Origin: Thermoanaerobaculia bacterium
GTDB taxonomy: Bacteria > Acidobacteriota > Thermoanaerobaculia > Multivoradales > Multivoraceae
Direction of reading: 5' to 3'
Assembly: GCA_963666565.1 (NCBI GenBank)
Contig: OY762911.1
Location: 4,032,001 to 4,096,000 of the forward strand
DNA length: 64,000 bases
In this document: in pieces, positions 39,715 to 47,760 of the stretch
How the letters are laid out: the number at the start of each line of letters is the position of its first letter
Position numbering within the stretch: position 1 is the stretch's first letter
Program-made: the position numbers and the translations under genes
The notes under the pieces: generated by a model
Seen by the model: the letters and a program-made list of their open reading frames with translations, nothing else
Database searches by the model: none
Told to the model about the DNA's origin: nothing

Positions 39715-40722
39715 ATGGCCCGCATACTAGTTGTCGGCGGCACCGGCCCCACCGGCCCGCCGATCGTCAACAACTTCCTCCACGCCGGTTTCGACGTCTC
39801 CATCTTCCACTCCGGCCGCCACCCGGCCGAGTTCGACGGTCCCGTCGAGCGCATCCTGGGCAACGCCCGCGACGCGGACGACATCCGCGCCAAGCTCGCG
39901 TCGCGCGAGTGGGACATCGCGGTGTGCATGTACGGCCGCCTGCGAACGCTGGCCGACGAACTCGCGGGAAAGACGAAGCGCCTCGTCGGCATCACCGGCC
40001 AGCCGGTCTACAGGGGGTCGCAGCCGCCGACGCCCGAGGGCCGCATCCCGCTGCCGGTGCCGGAGTTTGCGCCCCGCCAGTACGACGCGAAGAACTACAC
40101 GGGCAAGGTGGCGGCCGGCGAAGACCAGCTCTTCGAGCAGCACGGCCGCGGCGACTTCGAGGTCGTCATCCTGCGCTATCCCGGCGTCTACGGCCCGCGT
40201 ACGCCGATGAACCACGAGTGGGCGGTGGTCAGGCGCATCCTCGACCGCCGGCCGTTCATGATCCTCCCCCACGACGGCGTGACCTACTTCCAGCGCGGCT
40301 ACGCGGAGAACCTGGCGCGCCTCGTCTTCCTCGCCGCGACCCGGCCCGAGGCGGCGGGCGAGGCGTTCAACGCCGGCGACGAACGCGTCATCAGTTGCCG
40401 CGCCGTGGCCGAGGTCATCATCGACGAACTGGGCTCCGACATGGAACTGATCGGCGTGCCGGCGCCCTTCTGCCGAGGCGTCTTCCCGCTTGCCGAGAAG
40501 TCCAACCAACTGCTCGACATGTCGAAGGCCCGCAACCTGCTCGGCTACCGCGACGTGGTCGATCCGGAGACGGCGACCCGCGCCACGGCGCGCCATCTGC
40601 GCGACGACCCGCCGGCCGAGAAGGATCTCTACGCCGCGGGAACCGGCCGGTTCGACTACGAGCGGGAGGACCGGATCGTCGAACGCTGGCGGCGCGCGCA
40701 GGCGCTGATGAGCGAAGACTGA
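39715..40722 (+). CDS. NAD-dependent epimerase/dehydratase (extended SDR)
   Basis: [13 protein letters not shown] (YTGK), [16 protein letters not shown]. Confidence 0.85.
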   Translation: MARILVVGGTGPTGPPIVNNFLHAGFDVSIFHSGRHPAEFDGPVERILGNARDADDIRAKLASREWDIAVCMYGRLRTLADELAGKTKRLVGITGQPVYRGSQPPTPEGRIPLPVPEFAPRQYDAKNYTGKVAAGEDQLFEQHGRGDFEVVILRYPGVYGPRTPMNHEWAVVRRILDRRPFMILPHDGVTYFQRGYAENLARLVFLAATRPEAAGEAFNAGDERVISCRAVAEVIIDELGSDMELIGVPAPFCRGVFPLAEKSNQLLDMSKARNLLGYRDVVDPETATRATARHLRDDPPAEKDLYAAGTGRFDYEREDRIVERWRRAQALMSED

Positions 40723-40779
40723 GGCGGCCGCCGACTTGATAGCCTCGCAACCACCGAACGCGTTACGGAGGAGTCACCG

Positions 40780-41772
40780 ATGATCGGACGGACCACGCTC
40801 GCTCTCACCGTGGCGGCCGCGCTGCTCGCGGCGCCCGCACTGGCAGCCGACGACTGGGAGACGCCGCGCACTCCCTGGGGCCACCCGGACCTGCAGGGCC
40901 TGTGGACGAACACGACCCTGACCCCCTTCGAGCGGCCGGTCGAGATGGGCGACAAGGCGTTCCTGACCGAGGAGGAGGTCGCTCAGGCCGAGGCGGCCCG
41001 CCAGGCGATGATCCAGAACCGGGCGGACCAGCCCGCGCAGAAGGCGGAGGCCGGCCAGAACGTCGGCGCCTACAACCTGCACTGGCTGGAACTCGGCACG
41101 AAGATCGTCGGCAGCAGGCGGACCTCCCTGGTCGTCGATCCGCCGAGCGGCCGCGTGCCGGTGCGGCCCGAGGCGCAGCAGGTGCGGGCCGACAACCTGG
41201 TCAAGATGTTCGACTCGTACGAACACATGAGCGTCTGGGACCGCTGCATCACCCGCGGCGTCCCCGGGCACCTCTTCCCGGCCGGCTACAACAACAACTA
41301 CCGGATCGCCCAGACGCCCGAGTACGTCGTCATCTACTCCGAGATGATCAACGACGTCCGCTTCATCCCGGTCGACGGCCGCGAGCGGATCCCCGAGGAC
41401 CTCCACCTCTGGAACGGCGACTCCCGCGGCCACTGGGACGGCGACACGCTCGTCGTCGAGACGAGGAACTTCTCCGACAAGGGCTGGATCGCCACCAGCG
41501 GCTCCCAGGGCCGGATCAAGGGGATCCCGGTCAGCACCGAGCTCGTCACGGTGGAGCGCTTCGCGCGCGTCGACGAGCACACCGTGGACTGGACGGTCAC
41601 GATCGAGGATCCGGTCAACTACACGGACGCCTGGACGGTGAACATCCCGCTCTACTTCGACCCGGACAACGAGATGTTCGAGTACGCCTGCCACGAAGGC
41701 AACTGGGCGGTCTACAACACGTTGAGCGGCGCCCGCCACCTGGAGAAGACGGGCGAGGACAGCAGCCCGTAG
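40780..41772 (+). CDS. 'PDL.G.W...EYACHEGN' family periplasmic protein (paralogue 3)
   Basis: PRTPWGHPDLQGLW, TSLVVDPPSGR, DRCITRGVP, GDSRGHWDGDTLVVET, EYACHEGN; GGAGGAG RBS. Confidence 0.82.
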   Translation: MIGRTTLALTVAAALLAAPALAADDWETPRTPWGHPDLQGLWTNTTLTPFERPVEMGDKAFLTEEEVAQAEAARQAMIQNRADQPAQKAEAGQNVGAYNLHWLELGTKIVGSRRTSLVVDPPSGRVPVRPEAQQVRADNLVKMFDSYEHMSVWDRCITRGVPGHLFPAGYNNNYRIAQTPEYVVIYSEMINDVRFIPVDGRERIPEDLHLWNGDSRGHWDGDTLVVETRNFSDKGWIATSGSQGRIKGIPVSTELVTVERFARVDEHTVDWTVTIEDPVNYTDAWTVNIPLYFDPDNEMFEYACHEGNWAVYNTLSGARHLEKTGEDSSP

Positions 41773-41863
41773 ACGCGTCCGTCCGCGAGAGCGCCGCCAG
41801 TCCGCGCCCCGCGAGGAACCAGGCGACGCGACCGCGATCTCACGCAGCGCGAGGAACCACAAG

Positions 41864-42937
41864 ATGAGCTTCCCGATGAGTTTCGACCCTGGCCGCTTCC
41901 CCGTTCCCGTCCGCGACGACATGGCCGCGGCGCTCCGCGAATCCTGGGCCGACGTCGGCCGGCCCGGCGCCTGGTGGACCGGTCCCGAGCGAGTCGCCAT
42001 CGCGGGACTCGCCCGCGCCGAGCGCCTCCAGCGGAACCAGCCGCCGTGGACCCGCGACCGTTCGCGGGCGCCGGCGGCGCCCCTGCCCGAAAAGGCCGTC
42101 GAAGCGGCCCGGAAGATCGGCGCCGACCCGATGCACCTTGACCGCGAGTGGGCCGACGCCGTCATCGCCGAAATCGGCGACGCGCCCTACGTCGAACTCG
42201 CCTCGGTCGTCGTGACGACGGTCGCCGCCGACGCCTTCTGCGAGGCGATGGGGATCGACCCCGAGCCCCTGCCGGCGCCCGAAGCCGGCGAGCCGACCCG
42301 CGAGCGGCCCGACAACCTGAGCGACATCGGGGCCTGGGTGCCGGTCCAGGTCATCGACTGGAAGCGCGCAAACGTGGCGCGCGCGCTCAGCCTGGCGCCA
42401 GAGGGCGTCCGCACGTTCTTCCGCATGGTCGCCGCCATGTACTCGGGCACGGCCACCGACTTCGAGAAGATGGTGTGGGACCACCGGCCGCTCCCGCGGC
42501 CCCAGGTCGAGCTGATCGCGGCCAGGGTCTCGGCCCTCAACGAGTGCTTCTACTGAACCACCGCCCACACCATGCTGCTCCGGGCGAGCAGCAACGCAGC
42601 CGGAACGGAAGTGGACCTGAGCGCGACGGTGGAGGACACTGCTGACAGCGGGGTCGAGAACGGCGCGGCTCTGACGGCCTTCGCGGAAGCGGTCGTCCGG
42701 GCAACGGACGATCTGGATGCGGTCCGCGCGCGGGCGCTCGAGACGCTGGGGCCGGAGAAGTTCGTCGAGGCCGCCGCCACCGTCGGCATCTTCAACGGCC
42801 TGGTCCGCGTCGCCGACTCCACCGGCATCCCCAGCGACACGATGATGCTCGAAGGCACCGCCGACGTCCGCGGCGACCTCGGCATCAACCGCTGGGCCGG
42901 CGCCAAGGCCTCCGGCGTCGCCGAGGCGCGCGCGTAG
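41864..42937 (+). CDS. AhpD/CMD-like alkylhydroperoxidase-related selenoprotein (UGA 42554-42556 read as Sec), ~357 aa
   Basis: 'RPQVELIAARVSALNECFY-TGA-TTAH' gives CxxU at the AhpD CxxC position. The frame continues to TAG 42937 with protein-like sequence, and a hairpin follows the UGA. Confidence 0.8.
42573..42593 (+). other. Candidate bacterial SECIS hairpin
   Basis: TGCTGCTC-CGGGC-GAGCAGCA, a perfect 8-bp stem with a G-containing loop, starting 16 nt after the UGA. Confidence 0.65.
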
Positions 42938-42970
42938 CGTCGGGGACGCAGCACCCGCCGGTTCGCGGCT

Positions 42971-43378
42971 CTACCGGGCGGCTTCGGCGAGCCAGTTCTC
43001 CACGCGCAGACCGTCCACGCGGCCAAACTCCCTCTCGTTGTTCGTCACCAGCGTGGCGTGAGCGCCTCGGGCGTGGGCCGCAATCAGAAGGTCGTTCGCT
43101 CCTATCGTCTGGCCGCGCCGCACAAGCTCCTGGCGGATCTTGCCGTAGCGAACGCCAGCCTCGGCATCGAACGGCAGGATGTCGAGATCGAGACAGAAGG
43201 CCTGAAGCTCCCGCTCATTCTCTTCAACCCGAGCCGAGTGCGCGACGCCGAAGCACAGTTCCGCGTGCGTGATGGCGGAGATGCACACGCTGGAGGCGTT
43301 CTCCTCGAACTTCCGCCTCAGACCCTGATCGCGCTCGTTGATCAGGTAGATGCACATGTCCGTGTCCAGCATGAACAT
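42971..43378 (-). CDS. vapC: VapC PIN-domain toxin
   Basis: MLDTDMCIY, S.IT.AEL..G, IGANDLLIAAHA, LVTNNEREF.RV.GL.VENW. Confidence 0.95.
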   Translation of the reverse strand: MFMLDTDMCIYLINERDQGLRRKFEENASSVCISAITHAELCFGVAHSARVEENERELQAFCLDLDILPFDAEAGVRYGKIRQELVRRGQTIGANDLLIAAHARGAHATLVTNNEREFGRVDGLRVENWLAEAAR

Positions 43379-43620
43379 CAGCGGAGATCGTCCCGCTCCT
43401 CAAGAGGCGGCTGGTTGCGCGCGGGAAGGCTCCCTCGGGACCTCGCATCGAAGTACGCGCCCCAGTTCTTCCCGCGCGGAAGCAACGTAAGCCGATCCCC
43501 TTCCTGGATCACCTCCACCTCGGAGGTCGCGAACCGGCACGCCGCCGGCAGCCGTACCGCCTGACTGCGTCCGCTCCAGAACACCTTGGCGACCCCTCTG
43601 TAGTCCGGCTCCTTGTTCAT
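43378..43620 (-). CDS. vapB: VapB antitoxin (AbrB/SpoVT type)
   Basis: AKVFWSGRSQAVRLP...RF...EV.....GD.L.L.P; GAGGAG RBS; TGATG coupling. Confidence 0.93.
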   Translation of the reverse strand: MNKEPDYRGVAKVFWSGRSQAVRLPAACRFATSEVEVIQEGDRLTLLPRGKNWGAYFDARSRGSLPARNQPPLEERDDLR

Positions 43621-43661
43621 TGGCACTCCTCACGTCGATCTCAGAGTTTGCCTCCGGGAGA

Positions 43662-43677
43662 TATATCACGAGATATA
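43662..43677. promoter_or_regulatory. vapBC operator palindrome
   Basis: TATATC-acga-GATATA about 40 bp upstream of vapB. Confidence 0.6.
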
Positions 43678-43952
43678 CCGTCCGGCTGGCTCGCGGCGCG
43701 GAGAAGCCTCCGACGTCAAGGGGTGCCGGCGCAAAGCTCACCGAAGCGACAACTCCAGGGCTGCTCCCCTGCCCATGACCGCAAACAACCGGAGAACGCC
43801 GGTACCGGCCGACGCCTGGTCGACGGGGGCCAGGAGTTCGAATCCCGTCCGGTCCATGCCGGTGCCGACACGACGCTCCGAGTTGCCGGGGCCATCCCCG
43901 TTCGCGCTCGTGGCTGCCAGAAAAGCGCCGTCGCGATAGAGGACGATCTGGC

Positions 43953-44336
43953 GCGCCGGCGGCGCCCCTGCCCGAAAAGGCCGTCGAAGCGGCCCGGAAG
44001 ATCGGCGCCGACCCGATGCACCTTGACCGCGAGTGGGCCGACGCCGTCATCGCCGAAATCGGCGACGCGCCCTACGTCGAACTCGCCTCGGTCGTCGTGA
44101 CGACGGTCGCCGCCGACGCCTTCTGCGAGGCGATGGGGATCGACCCCGAGCCCCTGCCGGCGCCCGAAGCCGGCGAGCCGACCCGCGAGCGGCCCGACAA
44201 CCTGGGCGAAATCGGGGCCTGGGTGCCGGTCCAGGTCATCGATTGGAAGCGCGCAAACGTGGCGCGCGCGCTCAGCCTGGCGCCGGAGGGCGTCCGCACG
44301 TTCTTCCGCATGGTCGCCGCCATGTACTCGGGCACG
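43953..44336 (+). pseudogene. 384-bp duplicated internal fragment of the AhpD-like selenoprotein gene
   Basis: Direct repeat of 42068-42451 (offset 1885) with ~4 substitutions; lacks the start and the Sec codon. Confidence 0.9.
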
Positions 44337-44519
44337 CCCCTCTCCCGGACCGCTCGGGCTGGTCGTCGCAGGTGGCTGGCGCCGGACGGTTGGCGAGGCT
44401 GCGTGGGCGGAGGGGATCTGGAGGCCGGGGGCGGGTCGGGGGATGGCGACCGGGCAGATCCGGGCTCAGGGGGGTCGGCGACGCCGGGCGGGTGAAGGTG
44501 ACCCTGAGTTTGGCGCGGG

Positions 44520-46124
44520 TCAGGGGCAGGCCACACTGTAGATCCTGGCTTCAGAGAAGGCGGCGAGGGGTTGGAGGAGTGGGTAGGGATGGTGCCTGCC
44601 GGCGCGGGCGTCGGCGATGAAGGGGCCGAGCCAGTCGCTGGGGTCTTCGTCGGAACGGGCGCCGCCGAGTTGGACGGTGGGACGGACGACGAGGAGGAGG
44701 CGGTCGAAGTCGGGGCAGTGGCGGTCGGCGATTCGTTCGAGGGTCGGGTAGGTCAGGATCTCGGTGTAGGGCAGGCCGGCGTAGGAGATGGCGTAGCGGC
44801 CCGGGAAGAGGAAGGGAACGTCCATCGTGCCGCCGCCGATGACCAGATCGCCGGGGCCGGTGTGGTCGCGCAGCCATTGCTGGCGCTCGCTTCGGAACTC
44901 CATGGCGCGCGCGTCGCGGCCGGAGGACCGGAGGGCGGACTCGCGGACGAATGCGGCACCGAAGCAGATGATGAAGATGGCGAACGGCAGCCAGGCGAGT
45001 CGGCGCGCCCGCGGCAGGGCCCCGGCGACCAGGGCACCGAACAGCGGGATGAGGGGAACAGTGGCGGGAAGGGCAAGACGCGCGCCGATGGGATCGAGGT
45101 TGGCCTGGGCGCCGCGCCAGACGAGGGCCGTGAGATAGAGGACGGCCCAGGCGCCGATCAGCAGCGGCAGAGGACCCGATAGCCGGGAAAGCGATCCGTT
45201 GCGCGCGGCGAGCGCCACCAGGAGCGACAGTGCGGCGAGCAGGATGGCGGCGTCAGGCCAGTTCCCCACCGTGGTCGAGCGCCAGGCGCCAAGGAGCGCG
45301 GTGACGGCGAGACTCAGGTTCTCGCCGAGCGATCGCACCGCCGGCATCGCCGCCGGCAGCAGGCGGCCTTCGACCGCCAGGTTGCGGACCAGGATGGCGG
45401 CGATGGGGGCCAGAGCGCCGGCGGTGAGGGCGGCGGAGGCCGACCACCTCGCCACGCCGCGGCCTCGACTCGAATGCGGCTCGGAAGACCCTCTCCCGCT
45501 GGCGCGGCCGCCCCACCACAGCGCCGCGACGCCCAGGAGCGGCAGCGGCCACAGCGCGTAGCGGACACAGATGGCCGCGCCTGCGAGCAAGCCGAGAGCG
45601 AGGGCTCGCCGGAGTTCGAGTAGCCGATCGAGCAGCAGGAAGAACAGGAGCACCACGGCGACGGCGAGGCACTCGCTCAGAGCCGCTTGACCCAGATCGG
45701 TCAGCGGAACGAAGACGAGGGCGGCGCCGAGTCCGATCGCTCCGGCAGCGGAACCTCCGATCCGTTGCCCGAGAAGGTAGACCAGCAGCAGAATCGCGGC
45801 GTAGGCCAGCGCGGAAACGACGAGCGCCGCGTCGACGGCTTCGATCCCCAACTTCGAGAGAAGCGCAATGGCGAGCGGATATCCGGGTGGCTGAGCCGTG
45901 AAGGCCGACGGCAGGTCGAGGTCGCCGAACAGGTAGAACGGCTGGTTGAAGCCGCCGGTCGACTGCGTCAGCCCGTCGCCGGCTACCACCTGTCGCGCGA
46001 CGTCGACGTAGTTCATCGAGTCCGCCGTGAACGCGCGGACGCGGATCAGCGAGTTCGCGGCGAACAACGCGACGTAGGCGAGGCCAAGCGCCGCCAGGGC
46101 GGCGCCGACCTTCGGCCCGCGCAT
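44520..46124 (-). CDS. Polytopic GT-C (ArnT/PMT-like) glycosyltransferase
   Basis: N-terminal TM then 'TADSMNY..VAR', 'QPPGYP', 'LSE', 'RY', and many TM helices. Confidence 0.75.
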   Translation of the reverse strand: MRGPKVGAALAALGLAYVALFAANSLIRVRAFTADSMNYVDVARQVVAGDGLTQSTGGFNQPFYLFGDLDLPSAFTAQPPGYPLAIALLSKLGIEAVDAALVVSALAYAAILLLVYLLGQRIGGSAAGAIGLGAALVFVPLTDLGQAALSECLAVAVVLLFFLLLDRLLELRRALALGLLAGAAICVRYALWPLPLLGVAALWWGGRASGRGSSEPHSSRGRGVARWSASAALTAGALAPIAAILVRNLAVEGRLLPAAMPAVRSLGENLSLAVTALLGAWRSTTVGNWPDAAILLAALSLLVALAARNGSLSRLSGPLPLLIGAWAVLYLTALVWRGAQANLDPIGARLALPATVPLIPLFGALVAGALPRARRLAWLPFAIFIICFGAAFVRESALRSSGRDARAMEFRSERQQWLRDHTGPGDLVIGGGTMDVPFLFPGRYAISYAGLPYTEILTYPTLERIADRHCPDFDRLLLVVRPTVQLGGARSDEDPSDWLGPFIADARAGRHHPYPLLQPLAAFSEARIYSVACP

Positions 46125-46146
46125 CTCCTGGCCGCCTCCGGCGGCA

Positions 46147-46172
46147 GCGGGTCGGAAGACCCGCGCACCCAG
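46147..46172 (+). repeat. REP-like palindrome
   Basis: GCGGGTCGGAAGACCCGCGCACCCAG between the radical SAM and GT genes. Confidence 0.85.
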
Positions 46173-46192
46173 TGGACTCCCGGGCCGGGCTC

Positions 46193-47746
46193 TCACCCAG
46201 CCGCGAACTCGGGAACCGGCAGATCCTTGAGATGCCGGTGGCACATCTCGCAGCTCGACACGCCCTTCGACGCCGCCGCGGGATCGAGCTCCTCGTCCAC
46301 CCATCGCAGGAAGGTCCGGTAGTTCTCGAACACGGTCCCGGAGTCCGTGCCGACGGCGCCGAGGTCGAAGTGGGGCGAGTCGATCTCCGCCGCGAACGGG
46401 CAGGCGTGGAACCGCCCCTTCGTCGTCAGCACCGGGAAGCAGCGGACGCAGCGGTCGCCCATGCCGTGGTACTCCGACTCGCGGTCGCGGTCGAAGTCCT
46501 GCTCCGCTCCCCCGCCGGCGTGGAACAGCACCTTGTAGCCCTGGAAGACGCGGTTCGGGTTCGCGCGCGCCCAGTCCTCCAGGCGCTCGCGCGCGTAGCG
46601 AGGCATCGGCTCGGCGTCCCTGCCGTGGTAGATCGAGTAGTTCAGCACCGCCTCGCTCTTCGGGTCCGACTCCAGGATCGCGATCAGCTTCTCCGCCTGG
46701 ATGCCGTTCGAGAACACGGTGATGAGCCCCGTGAAGCCCCGCTCGCGGAGGTAGCGCATCGCGTCGACGATTTCCGCCGCGTGAAGGGTCGGCTCGCCGC
46801 CGTAAAACTTCAGGTTGCCGTCGGCGGCCAGGGTCTCCAGCGCCTGGTCCAGCACCTCGGGCGCGTAGGCCCGGTACCAGCCCTCCGGCGATCCGTCGAT
46901 CGTGCACCAGGAGCAGGCCCGGTTGCAGAAGTTGCCCTCGTAGAGATGGAGTTCGCGGAGCTCGCCGTCGGCCGCCGAGAAGTGCTCCACGGGTTCGTGG
47001 AAGGTGATCGGGCCGATGTTCGGGTCCCGGTGCGTGTCGTTGAGACCCCAGTCGTACGTGTTGTAGACGATCTCGTAGCCGGCGACCCGCTCCGGGTCGA
47101 GGCCCGCGTGCTCGGCCACGAAACGGAGTACGCCGCGGCGGTACTCCTCGCGCGTTCCCGCTCCGCCGGCGCCGCCGGCGAAGTCCTCCGCGTACATGCG
47201 GAAGATGCGCGAGACGAAGATCCTGCGCGCCTCGTGGTCCACCCGGCAGTTCCAGCGGTTCGCCAGGAACGCCTCGGTCGCCCGGCGCAGCGTGTCGCGC
47301 AGGCCGTCGCCCCGATAGGCCGAAGGGCGCACCGCCGGGCAACCGTTCGCTCCGCAGTTGATCGCGAAGTGGATGCGCGGTTCGGCGTACTCCGAGCGCA
47401 GGATCCGGTGCTCTATGTCGTCCAGGCTGACCGTCGAACCCCCGGCCACGTGCCGCCGCCGCTGGAAGAACCGGCCGTCGCGCGTCTTCCACACCGAACG
47501 GATCGGGTACTCCTCGGCGATCGCGTGCAGGGTGAACGCGTTGTAGGCGTTGATCCAGTAGGCGAGCCCGTCCTCCTCGCTCGCGAACAGGTCCGGCCGG
47601 CTGTCCGGCGACGCTTCGCCGAGTTCCCTTACGACGTCGTCAAGCAGCGACCGGCGCGCCGCGAGGCGCTCGTAGTCGACCTTGCCGTCCTCGGCGACGA
47701 CGGCAGACAGGAGGCGATCCCATGCGTCGTAGGAGAAGGTATCCAT
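46193..47746 (-). CDS. DUF547 domain fused to a radical SAM domain
   Basis: DUF547: VDY, AYWINAYNA, SLDDIEH.ILR, PRIHFAINC....CP, YDWGLN. Radical SAM: CNRACSWC, GGEPTL, C-terminal CVRC..ACPF..CEMC. Confidence 0.85.
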   Translation of the reverse strand: MDTFSYDAWDRLLSAVVAEDGKVDYERLAARRSLLDDVVRELGEASPDSRPDLFASEEDGLAYWINAYNAFTLHAIAEEYPIRSVWKTRDGRFFQRRRHVAGGSTVSLDDIEHRILRSEYAEPRIHFAINCGANGCPAVRPSAYRGDGLRDTLRRATEAFLANRWNCRVDHEARRIFVSRIFRMYAEDFAGGAGGAGTREEYRRGVLRFVAEHAGLDPERVAGYEIVYNTYDWGLNDTHRDPNIGPITFHEPVEHFSAADGELRELHLYEGNFCNRACSWCTIDGSPEGWYRAYAPEVLDQALETLAADGNLKFYGGEPTLHAAEIVDAMRYLRERGFTGLITVFSNGIQAEKLIAILESDPKSEAVLNYSIYHGRDAEPMPRYARERLEDWARANPNRVFQGYKVLFHAGGGAEQDFDRDRESEYHGMGDRCVRCFPVLTTKGRFHACPFAAEIDSPHFDLGAVGTDSGTVFENYRTFLRWVDEELDPAAASKGVSSCEMCHRHLKDLPVPEFAAG

Positions 47747-47760
47747 CGCGTGAATCCTAG

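Noticed and set aside
43788-43858. tRNA-like fragment (GGAGTTCGAATCCC...CCA)
   Set aside because: A T-loop-like word is present, but the T-stem is mismatched and I could not build acceptor, D or anticodon arms.
44337-44520. G-rich tract as a functional G-quadruplex or ORF
   Set aside because: It is low-complexity sequence at a rearrangement junction with no supporting evidence of function.
44520-47492. 990-aa ORF
   Set aside because: The N-terminal half is an alternative frame over the DUF547-rSAM gene. The real glycosyltransferase starts at 46124.
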